Assembly (NCBI GenBank): GCA_902524895.1
Contig: CABZFH010000002.1
Location: 74,505 to 138,504, forward strand
Direction: 5' to 3'
Source of the DNA: an uncultured Alphaproteobacteria bacterium
GTDB taxonomy: Bacteria > Pseudomonadota > Alphaproteobacteria > Methylaequorales > Methylaequoraceae
Length of the DNA: 64,000 bases
The notes beneath the pieces were generated by a model. That model was not told where the DNA came from. It saw nothing but the letters and a program-made list of their open reading frames with translations, and ran no database searches. Positions 36,549-44,510 of the stretch are shown here, one piece after another (the stretch's first letter is position 1; every line of letters begins with the position of its first letter). Made by a program: the position numbers and the translations under genes.

Positions 36549-37727
36549 TTAATAATTTATTTCAATTTCTATTCTTCTGTTTTTTTCTCTACCTTCTGAA
36601 GTGTCATTTGAACCTAATGGTTGCGTTTCACCATAGCTAATTGCCTTCATTCTTTTTGGTTGAAGTTTACCTGTAGATGATAATTCCTGAACAACAGATG
36701 AAGATCTAGCCGCTGCTAAATCCCAGTTATCTCTATATATTGATCCAAATATTAATGGTGTATCATCAGTATGACCTGACACTAAAATTTCACTTTTACC
36801 TTTTTTATTGAGGTCGGCAATTTTTGCCATAATTTTCTTAGCTTTAGATGTTAATTCGGCAGAGCCAGATTTAAACGCACCACCTGAACCCACTGTTATG
36901 ATTACTTTATCTTCATCTCTGTCAACATTAATCAAGCCTTCTCCAATTTCTTTTCTAAGAGCTATTTTAAATTTATCTTCTGCTATTTGAGCTTTTTTTT
37001 CTTCTTCTTTAGAAATGTCTGGAGATTCTCCAATATTGTTTCCATCTGAAGATTCAGATTCTAGCTTTCCTTTACTGGCTGCAGCTGTCGCTAATTGAGC
37101 AAGTTTCTGTTCTAAGCCACCAAACAAAACTTCTGATTCTGATTTTCCAGACGCAGACTTTACTGTTTCTATTGAGTTAAGAGTTTCTTGCAGTAAATTT
37201 GGTAAATCTTTTTCCTCAGCTTCAAGCGGAGTGAAATTTACAATTACTTTATCTGCTAATACCTCAACCTCAATATCACCCCTAGCAATAGCATCTTTTA
37301 TATTTTGTGCTAATTCTGTGGCATCCTCGTTTTGTCCATCATCTTTGGTATTATCTTGAGTTTTAGTTTTAAGCTCAACATTCTTTTGATCAGTTTCAGT
37401 GGTCTGCTGTTTTAAGTTTTCTTGCACGGCCGGCGTTGGATTAGGACTAAAACTTAACGATAATAATGTTGTCCCTTTAGGTTGTTCAACAACTGGAATT
37501 ATCCTTTGAATACCAAATGCATTTTTCATGCTTCCACTAATTTGCTTGAATTTAGGAACATTAAATTCTGCGAAAGAAAGAATTAAGACGAAAAATGCCA
37601 TCAACAATGTTGCCATATCTGCAAAAGTTGCCATCCACGCAGGGGCACCTTTTGGAGGACATTCTGGGCATTCGTGTTCCTCTTCATCTTTAGTTTCTTT
37701 TTTTTTTTCTTCTTTTTCCTCAGCCAT
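36549..37727 (-). CDS. motB: Flagellar stator B subunit (PomB/MotB-like)
   Basis: WMATFADMATLLMAFFVLILSF TM with the conserved Asp; OmpA-like domain GHTD...NWDLAAARS...NRRIEI. Confidence 0.95.
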   Translation of the reverse strand: MAEEKEEKKKETKDEEEHECPECPPKGAPAWMATFADMATLLMAFFVLILSFAEFNVPKFKQISGSMKNAFGIQRIIPVVEQPKGTTLLSLSFSPNPTPAVQENLKQQTTETDQKNVELKTKTQDNTKDDGQNEDATELAQNIKDAIARGDIEVEVLADKVIVNFTPLEAEEKDLPNLLQETLNSIETVKSASGKSESEVLFGGLEQKLAQLATAAASKGKLESESSDGNNIGESPDISKEEEKKAQIAEDKFKIALRKEIGEGLINVDRDEDKVIITVGSGGAFKSGSAELTSKAKKIMAKIADLNKKGKSEILVSGHTDDTPLIFGSIYRDNWDLAAARSSSVVQELSSTGKLQPKRMKAISYGETQPLGSNDTSEGREKNRRIEIEINY

Positions 37728-37750
37728 TTATCTTTTATCTTTCCTGTAAT

Positions 37751-38518
37751 TTATGCCGCAGCCTCTATTAGTTTTTGTTTTTCTTTTGGAGGAAGATTAG
37801 CAACAAGTTGATCTTGAATGTTTCTTCCACTTTCTCCTCGAGAAATTAACTGTAAGCCGGTAATTATCATTTCTCTATAAGTCACTTCATAAGTTGTGTA
37901 GCCTTTCATTTTCACAACAATTGGCATAAAAATAGTGTTTGCAATCATAGCTCCATATAGAGTGGTCAAAAGGGCAACGGCCATTGCAGGCCCAATAGCC
38001 TTTGGGTCAGCCATGTTACCTAACATTGCTACTAATCCAACTAAAGTTCCAATCATGCCCATTGCTGGCGCAATATCAACCCAAGCTTGAGCAACTCCAG
38101 TTGATTTTGCATGTCTACCTTGCATCGCTTTTAATTCTTTTTTTAATTGTATGGTTAATTTCTCTTCATCAGCACCATCTACAAGCATCTGCAAACCACT
38201 ATCAAAAAATGGATCTGGGGTTTCTTGACCTTCAAGAGCCATCATTCCATCTTTTCTGGCTATTCCAGCGAGCTCAACTATTCTGGTGATTAATTCGTCC
38301 ATTTTTTTAATAGGCGGTTTAAAGGCTTTAGCCATAGCCCCGAATGACCCTAAGAAAAGTGGTAATGGCGCAGTATACATTACAGCGAAAAATGTTCCAC
38401 CAAAAACAATTAAAATTGAAGGTATGTCAACGTACATACCTATTCCGCCTGCAGAAACCATTGCACCTGCGATCATACCTATAGTTCCTAAAAGTCCAAT
38501 GAGTGATGCTATATCCAT
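37751..38518 (-). CDS. motA: Flagellar stator A subunit, short PomA-like type
   Basis: ARKDGMMALE, APAMGMIGTLVGLV, IGPAMAVALLTTLYG; 255 aa. Confidence 0.96.
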   Translation of the reverse strand: MDIASLIGLLGTIGMIAGAMVSAGGIGMYVDIPSILIVFGGTFFAVMYTAPLPLFLGSFGAMAKAFKPPIKKMDELITRIVELAGIARKDGMMALEGQETPDPFFDSGLQMLVDGADEEKLTIQLKKELKAMQGRHAKSTGVAQAWVDIAPAMGMIGTLVGLVAMLGNMADPKAIGPAMAVALLTTLYGAMIANTIFMPIVVKMKGYTTYEVTYREMIITGLQLISRGESGRNIQDQLVANLPPKEKQKLIEAAA

Positions 38519-38569
38519 AATTTATTTTCCATTAATTATTTTTAATTTATATATATATTTATAATATCT

Positions 38570-38585
38570 TGGTATAAAAACTGCA
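38570..38585 (+). promoter_or_regulatory. Sigma54 promoter facing the DUF1566 gene
   Basis: TGGTATAAAAACTGCA (GG-N10-GC); shares its -12 GC with the motA promoter. Confidence 0.55.
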
Positions 38586-38597
38586 ACTTTGATACCA
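38582..38597 (-). promoter_or_regulatory. Sigma54 promoter of motAB
   Basis: Minus strand TGGTATCAAAGTTGCA (GG-N10-GC). Confidence 0.75.
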
Positions 38598-38655
38598 AAG
38601 TAGTAAAAATTTATTATTTAGTAATTCAAATATATTTATCGTATTATTAAATTCT

Positions 38656-39165
38656 ATGAAAAAAAAACAAAATCATATCATTAATAAAATTAAAATACTT
38701 TGTATTTTTTCTATTATTACAACACTCAATTTTTTGTTTAGTCATAATCTTAAAGCCAGAGATTACATTGATAAGGGACATATTGTTATTGATCTAAAAA
38801 ATAAAGTTGAATGGCTTAAATGTTCAGTAGGACAAGTTTGGGATACTGAAAAATGTACTGGTGATTCAATAAAAGTTTCCTTAAAAGAAGCTGAAGATTT
38901 GTTACCACAAGTAAATCAAGAACTTGGAGGTGAATGGAGACTACCTAATAAAAAAGAATTAGTAAGTATTATTTGTAAAATATGTTCCGGTGCGAAAATA
39001 AATGAAACTTATTTTCCTAACTCTCAAGCTGATATTTATTGGACATCACAAAGAAATTGGTGGTCTCCTCAATTTTTCTGGTCAGTTAATTTTATGACTG
39101 GTCATGCTTATGGTAGATTCGTTCCAGAAAAAAAATTATTCGTCAGATTTCTCAGAGACAGATGA
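38656..39165 (+). CDS. DUF1566 (Lcl C-terminal domain) exported protein
   Basis: DLKNKVEWLKCSVGQVW...WRLPNKKELVSII...FP...YWTS...WSVNF...G...VR. Confidence 0.85.
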   Translation: MKKKQNHIINKIKILCIFSIITTLNFLFSHNLKARDYIDKGHIVIDLKNKVEWLKCSVGQVWDTEKCTGDSIKVSLKEAEDLLPQVNQELGGEWRLPNKKELVSIICKICSGAKINETYFPNSQADIYWTSQRNWWSPQFFWSVNFMTGHAYGRFVPEKKLFVRFLRDR

Positions 39166-39381
39166 TTTTTGTTTTGTAAAATATTGAAAAATTTTTCCGA
39201 TAAAAACTAAAATTCCAACAGATAAAATTGCTATAGCTACATTCCATGAATTAATGTATGCTAAAAGATGGAGTTTATCTGTGAGCGTAAATGAAACAAT
39301 TATTAAAAATAAAACTGAAATCAAAAAAACTCTCAGAAAAAAACACAATCTACAGTTGTTTTCTTTATCTTTGTATGACAT
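39136..39381 (-). CDS. Small two-TM hypothetical protein
   Basis: Two hydrophobic helices; overlaps the end of the SPOR gene. Confidence 0.5.
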   Translation of the reverse strand: MSYKDKENNCRLCFFLRVFLISVLFLIIVSFTLTDKLHLLAYINSWNVAIAILSVGILVFIGKIFQYFTKQKSSVSEKSDE

Positions 39382-39907
39382 AGCAATCTATCTCTTTTGA
39401 TCTTGAAAATTTACACGTCTGATTAACATTTTCTTCGGAATCGGAATCAAACTTAAGAAAATAAATTTTTTTTTTTTCACTATATTGTATTTTTGATTCA
39501 AAAAAATCAAATTTTGGTTTAATAATCATATCAACTTTATTTTTTAATGTTTTAGCACCAATTTCTTTTGAAAAAGCTCCAAATTGGACAGAAAATTTCT
39601 TAGTAAAAATTTTATCATTTAGTTTTTTTTTTTGTGATAATTTACCATCAAAATTATTGTTTTCAGTACTAAGATTCTCTTTAATATCTCCTTCAACTTT
39701 TTTTTCAATACCAACTTCCTGTGACTTCTCTTCAAAAATAATACCTTTCTTGGAGTAAATATTAATTTTATCTTGATTTTTAGAATTTAAGTCTGGTTCT
39801 AAAGTTAAAGATGAATTTAAATCTTTTTTTTGTGTCAAATTATCAACTTGCAATAAAAAAAACCCTGTTAAAAAAAAAATTGCAAATATTGGTAATATCT
39901 TTAGCAT
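39365..39907 (-). CDS. SPOR-domain protein
   Basis: N-terminal anchor, linker, then FSVQFGAFS...AKTL...C..C-type SPOR domain. Confidence 0.75.
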   Translation of the reverse strand: MLKILPIFAIFFLTGFFLLQVDNLTQKKDLNSSLTLEPDLNSKNQDKINIYSKKGIIFEEKSQEVGIEKKVEGDIKENLSTENNNFDGKLSQKKKLNDKIFTKKFSVQFGAFSKEIGAKTLKNKVDMIIKPKFDFFESKIQYSEKKKIYFLKFDSDSEENVNQTCKFSRSKEIDCYVIQR

Positions 39908-40008
39908 TACTTAATAATAACATTAAAAAATATTTAAAAGTAGTTTTTTTCCTAGAAATCTGGCTTTTTTTATTTTCAATTTTTTAAAGATATAATTTAT
40001 AAAAGTTA

Positions 40009-40022
40009 GTCATTTTTTTGAC
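40009..40022. promoter_or_regulatory. FleQ-type box upstream of rpoN, overlapping a possible sigma70 -35
   Basis: GTCA-TTTTTT-TGAC; TTGACG at 40018-40023 then TAGTTT after 18 bp. Confidence 0.55.
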
Positions 40023-40099
40023 GTAACCTAAATGTCAAATTTAGTTTTTGCAATTTGTAAGAAAAAAGTGTGAAATTATAAAATAGAAAGGAATAAGTT

Positions 40100-41551
40100 A
40101 TGCAGATTTCACAAAATCTTAAACTAAAGCAAAGTCAATCGTTAGTTATGACACCTCAATTGCAACAAGCGATAAAATTACTACAATTGAATAATGTAGA
40201 ACTTTGTGAGTTAGTAGAAAAAGAATTAGAAGAAAATCCATTTTTAGAAAAAGATAACGAAACTGATCTTATCGAACAAAGAAATAACGAATATACTGAA
40301 AATGTTGATGAGGCATTTCAAAATGGTGAGTCACAATATGAAGATCCATCAAAAGGAGATTATGAGAACAGATGGGATCAAGATAACAATCTTTCTTCTA
40401 AATCCAATAACTTTGATACTATCGACCCAGGTTCAATTGCTGAACAAACTATCTCAGAGAAAGTTACTCTTAAATCCGTTTTGATGGAACAAGCAAATAT
40501 TGCATTCAAGACATCAAAAGAAAAAATAGTCTCTGAACTCTTGATAGATTACATTCAACCTTCAGGTTGGCTAACAACAGATTTAATTGAACTTCAGAAT
40601 ACTATAGGCTGTGATGAACAAACTTTAAATAATGTTTTATTTAAAATGCAAAATTTTGAACCAACGGGTGTATTTGCAAGGAACCTTACAGAGTGTTTAA
40701 GAATTCAATTGAAAAACAAAGATCTTTTGACAGATGGTATAAGTTTATTAATCGAAAACTTTGATTTATTAGCAAAAGGAGAAATTAAAAATCTCTGCAA
40801 AATTTGTAGTATGTCAGAGAATGAATTAACAAAAAGTATAAAAATAATAAAAACACTTAATCCTAAACCTGGTTCTTTATATTCAGAAGATAATGATCAA
40901 ATATTTCATCCTGACGTTATCGTTACCCAAAAAAACAATCAATGGGAGGTTGAGTTAAATAACGGAACGCTTCCAAAGATTATTGTTAATGAAAATTACA
41001 TAAAAGAATTAGAGAAATTAGGTGGAAATGATGCTGACAAAAAATTCATTTCTGAGTCAGTTAATTCTGCAAAGTGGTTAATGAAGGCAATTGAACAAAG
41101 AAATTTAACCACATTGAAAATTAGTTCGGAAATAGTTGAACAACAAAAATTATTTTTTGAAAAAGGTGTTTCTTACTTAAAACCCATGATTTTAAAAGAT
41201 GTAGCAAAGAAAATAAAAATGCACGAAAGTACTGTTAGTAGAGTTACAACTGGAAAATTAATGTTAACACCTAGGGGTATTTTTGAAATGAAGCATTTTT
41301 TTAGTGCCACCATCAATGGTACTATTGAAGGAGAAAGCCACTCAGCTGCTTCAGTGAGAGAAACTCTCAAAAATTTAATAAGTAATGAACCGCTTCATAA
41401 TCCCTTATCTGATGAGCTTTTAGTGTTAAAACTACAAAATGAAGGGATAAATCTAGCTAGAAGAACTGTTGCAAAATATAGAGAATTACTCAATATACCA
41501 TCATCATCCGAAAGAAGAAAAATGATGAAAATTCAAAGCATACATATTTAG
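40100..41551 (+). CDS. rpoN: RNA polymerase sigma-54 factor
   Basis: MTPQLQQAIKLLQL, ENPFLE, HESTVSRV, RpoN box ARRTVAKYRE. Confidence 0.98.
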   Translation: MQISQNLKLKQSQSLVMTPQLQQAIKLLQLNNVELCELVEKELEENPFLEKDNETDLIEQRNNEYTENVDEAFQNGESQYEDPSKGDYENRWDQDNNLSSKSNNFDTIDPGSIAEQTISEKVTLKSVLMEQANIAFKTSKEKIVSELLIDYIQPSGWLTTDLIELQNTIGCDEQTLNNVLFKMQNFEPTGVFARNLTECLRIQLKNKDLLTDGISLLIENFDLLAKGEIKNLCKICSMSENELTKSIKIIKTLNPKPGSLYSEDNDQIFHPDVIVTQKNNQWEVELNNGTLPKIIVNENYIKELEKLGGNDADKKFISESVNSAKWLMKAIEQRNLTTLKISSEIVEQQKLFFEKGVSYLKPMILKDVAKKIKMHESTVSRVTTGKLMLTPRGIFEMKHFFSATINGTIEGESHSAASVRETLKNLISNEPLHNPLSDELLVLKLQNEGINLARRTVAKYRELLNIPSSSERRKMMKIQSIHI

Positions 41552-41733
41552 TTTAAAACAGAATTTAGTATTTTTAGTTTATGGCACTCTGAATCTAAAA
41601 AATAAGACAATGGATGCCTTTCTTTTGATTTTTCTTTATCATTAGAGTCAAATTTTACGATCTCTACAATAGGAGAAAGAGTTGTCTTATAATTATCGAT
41701 GTTGTTAGTCAAAGATTTATTTTTTTCTAACAT
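41548..41733 (-). CDS. 61-aa orphan protein with its own sigma54 promoter
   Basis: SD GGAGG at 41740-41744 and a sigma54 motif at 41762-41777; stop overlaps the rpoN stop. Confidence 0.65.
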   Translation of the reverse strand: MLEKNKSLTNNIDNYKTTLSPIVEIVKFDSNDKEKSKERHPLSYFLDSECHKLKILNSVLN

Positions 41734-41761
41734 TTTATACCTCCATTATCTTATTAGATGG

Positions 41762-41777
41762 TGCATTTTACGTGCCA
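41762..41777 (-). promoter_or_regulatory. Sigma54 promoter of the 61-aa ORF
   Basis: Minus strand TGGCACGTAAAATGCA; near-consensus -24 element TGGCACG. Confidence 0.78.
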
Positions 41778-41780
41778 AGC

Positions 41781-42428
41781 TTAATTGAAATTTTTCTTCA
41801 AGTCTTGACTAAGTTGTTCTTTAAAGAACTGTATTTTCTCTTTGTTTTCTCGAAAAAATAATTTTTGGGACTGATTATAGGATTTAAGATTTATTTCACT
41901 TTTCTTTTTATTCTGTCGAACATATCTCCAATTTTTATGAACTTTAGTTAAATAATTTTTCATCCTTTTTGGATTTGATGAGTGATATTTAGCAATTGCT
42001 TTATTCCAACTATTATGTTTATTAAAAAGTTTCTTTAAATATAAAGCTGCCCATTCAATGTTTTTTTTTGGGTCTGAGATTTCCTCAATATTTTTAAAAT
42101 TTTTTTTATGGTATTTATAACTAATTTGCATGCAACCAATATCTATATTTTTTTGAGACTTAATTTTCTTTTCTAAAAGAACCAATAAATCTTTTTCATT
42201 TTTAAAAAAAAATGATTCGCCTGAAATATTTAGCGACCAAGGCCAGGCCACATACTTTCCACCAACTGTTCTTCCTGTCTCAGTTAAAGAAATAGCCTCT
42301 AAAAGTTTATTTGGAATTTTATGTTTTTTTTCAATATTATTAATTAATTTAGTGCAATCATAAATTGGTGAAGAATATAAAAAGCTTGTATTAAAAATTA
42401 ACAATAACAAAATAACTGTCTTAATCAT
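41781..42428 (-). CDS. Lytic transglycosylase (SLT domain), exported
   Basis: Signal peptide; AISLTETG (catalytic Glu), WPWSLN, IDIGCMQISYKYH, AIAKYHS. Confidence 0.88.
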   Translation of the reverse strand: MIKTVILLLLIFNTSFLYSSPIYDCTKLINNIEKKHKIPNKLLEAISLTETGRTVGGKYVAWPWSLNISGESFFFKNEKDLLVLLEKKIKSQKNIDIGCMQISYKYHKKNFKNIEEISDPKKNIEWAALYLKKLFNKHNSWNKAIAKYHSSNPKRMKNYLTKVHKNWRYVRQNKKKSEINLKSYNQSQKLFFRENKEKIQFFKEQLSQDLKKNFN

Positions 42429-42439
42429 CACACATTAAT

Positions 42440-42455
42440 TGCAATTCAAATGCCA
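42440..42455 (-). promoter_or_regulatory. Sigma54 promoter of the lytic transglycosylase gene
   Basis: Minus strand TGGCATTTGAATTGCA (GG-N10-GC). Confidence 0.78.
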
Positions 42456-42462
42456 GCTAAAT

Positions 42463-43773
42463 TTATTTTATGATTGAGCTACTTACTAGATTTCTTCCAA
42501 TAGAAATGAAATTGTAAGGATTTACAGATTTATTATTAACCTTTATTTCATAATGAAGATGTGCCCCTGCAACTCTTCCTGTAGCACCCATTTTTCCAAT
42601 GATATATCCTTCCTCAACATAATCACCTTTTTTGACCATCAGTTTATGCAAATGTCCGTATAAAGTAACCACACCATGTTTGTGTTTTAATTTTATAACG
42701 TTTCCAAAAGATCCATATCTTCCAGAAAATAAAACTACACCATTGGCTGATGCCCTGACTTCTTCTTGCCATGTTCCAGCCATATCTATGCCTTTGTGCA
42801 TTTGCTTTTTTTTTGTTTTAGGATGAATTCTCATACCAAAAGGGCTTGATACATAGTAATATTGCATCGGAGGTTTTAATGGAAGAAAAATCATTGCTTC
42901 TTTAAGTTTATCTAATAAGTTGAACCTGTAGGAAATCTCTTCAATTAACTCTGAATCTTTAGACTCGAATAAGTTAGAGTTTTCTAACAATTCAATGTTA
43001 GATAAATCTAAGTTGTCAGGTTTTAACTTTAGTGTTTTGAAGACATTAACTAGTTCCAAAATTTCTAGGTCAATCGTCTTGCTGAATTGAATCATCTTGG
43101 TTTTATTATTACGTGGGGCAGCAAATGGTAAAACAGGAAGATTATTATATGCATATATTTCTTCCAAACTATCATTTTTTTCTTTTATTTCTAATTTTAA
43201 AGCATTGGATTTTTTTAAAGTCTCTTCGATTGGAACCATATGAGGGTTAGCCAAACCTGAAAATTGATCAAAAATTAATTCGTCTGAAAGTTTCGATTCA
43301 TCAACAATTGAAAATTCAAAACTTTTAAAATATGATCCAACTTTTTTAAAACTATCTCTCAATCTATCGTTTAAACTATTTTTTTCTGTTTCAATGGATT
43401 CAATTTCAATAATTGAAATATTTTCATTAGTTTTTGACTCAATAACGCTTCCTGCTATGTCTTTTAAAGCCTCTACTTCAGATTCAGTGAATTGTTGTTT
43501 TTGAGTAAAATTTCCGTGTAATACTACTGCTGTATAAATATTAAGTGCACCAAAAAAGACAAATTGCATTACCTTAAAAGCTACTAAAAGTGATAATAAA
43601 AAAGCTGAAATATAGTGCTTTATATTAAAAACAATTTCTATAGGACCTCTTTTCGTAAAAAAAAGAAACCTTCTTTCTTTTAATAATTCTTGCCAATTTT
43701 TTTGTACGAATAAGTCACCGAATCTTTTACTTGATTTTAGTTTATTTTCTATATTGTCTTTTAAGGTAGTCAT
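42463..43773 (-). CDS. M23-family zinc metallopeptidase with an N-terminal TM
   Basis: SSPFGMRIHP, HKGID (HxxxD), YGHL and HLHYE (HxH). Confidence 0.92.
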   Translation of the reverse strand: MTTLKDNIENKLKSSKRFGDLFVQKNWQELLKERRFLFFTKRGPIEIVFNIKHYISAFLLSLLVAFKVMQFVFFGALNIYTAVVLHGNFTQKQQFTESEVEALKDIAGSVIESKTNENISIIEIESIETEKNSLNDRLRDSFKKVGSYFKSFEFSIVDESKLSDELIFDQFSGLANPHMVPIEETLKKSNALKLEIKEKNDSLEEIYAYNNLPVLPFAAPRNNKTKMIQFSKTIDLEILELVNVFKTLKLKPDNLDLSNIELLENSNLFESKDSELIEEISYRFNLLDKLKEAMIFLPLKPPMQYYYVSSPFGMRIHPKTKKKQMHKGIDMAGTWQEEVRASANGVVLFSGRYGSFGNVIKLKHKHGVVTLYGHLHKLMVKKGDYVEEGYIIGKMGATGRVAGAHLHYEIKVNNKSVNPYNFISIGRNLVSSSIIK

Positions 43774-44367
43774 TTATTTAAGATACAATACCACGACCAG
43801 CATAATATTTGTCATAAGTTGCATAAGCATTATAAGCAACATAAGTTTCCAAGAAATTGGATTATTTACATTTAAACTAAACTGTGGAAATGGCTGGTTC
43901 TTATTTTCTAAGTTAATATTCTTTTTATTTTCATCTACCAAATTATTAACGTGATAATCTTTGAATGTTTTACTATGGTCCTCCTTTTTTTTTGTATTAT
44001 ACTTTGATGAAAAATCTTGAGTAACATCTTCGAAAGGAGATGAAGTTGATAAAGGTTGTTTTTCAATAGTTTTTTTAAAGTTTTTTTCTTCTGAAACTTC
44101 AGTTGTATTTTTTAAATTTCTTTCTGCTGAAATTACCGTTGTATTTTTTAATCTTTCATTGCTACCTTCTACAAATAAATCATTTCGTTGTCTAGGTTGG
44201 TTACTTTCAGTTCCTAAATCTTTTTCATTATTAGTTTTTTTGATATTAGTTTTTTTTTCCGAACTTTTGATTACATTTTTATTTAAATTATCCTGATTAG
44301 GTTTATCAGTGATTTGAGTTCGCATTCTCTCAATTCGTTCTCTAATATCTACAACTTGCTCAGCCAT
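43774..44367 (-). CDS. Hypothetical low-complexity protein with a C-terminal TM anchor
   Basis: Charged, disordered-looking body; ends ISWKLMLLIMLMQLMTNIMLVVVLYLK; abuts the M23 gene. Confidence 0.7.
   Translation of the reverse strand: MAEQVVDIRERIERMRTQITDKPNQDNLNKNVIKSSEKKTNIKKTNNEKDLGTESNQPRQRNDLFVEGSNERLKNTTVISAERNLKNTTEVSEEKNFKKTIEKQPLSTSSPFEDVTQDFSSKYNTKKKEDHSKTFKDYHVNNLVDENKKNINLENKNQPFPQFSLNVNNPISWKLMLLIMLMQLMTNIMLVVVLYLK
44080..44151. repeat. Imperfect 36-bp tandem duplication in frame
   Basis: GTTGTATTTTTTAA at 44102 and 44138; encodes LKNTTVISAERN / LKNTTEVSEEKN. Confidence 0.6.
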
Positions 44368-44406
44368 TATAATCTTTCAAATATTATTCTTATTAGTTAT
44401 TAAATA

Positions 44407-44422
44407 TGCACATGTTACGCCA
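44407..44422 (-). promoter_or_regulatory. Sigma54 promoter of the hypothetical-M23 operon
   Basis: Minus strand TGGCGTAACATGTGCA (GG-N10-GC). Confidence 0.65.
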
Positions 44423-44510
44423 AAAATAAAAAAAACTAAAAAAAATTTTTTAACTTTTTTTTTTTGTCTATATGTGCTAGCAATTATAATTCAAATAATT
44501 AATTAATTCA

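Noticed and set aside
44464-44490. Sigma70 promoter for the bactofilin genes (TTGTCT...TATAAT)
   Set aside because: The 15-bp spacer is suboptimal; not enough to call without TSS data.
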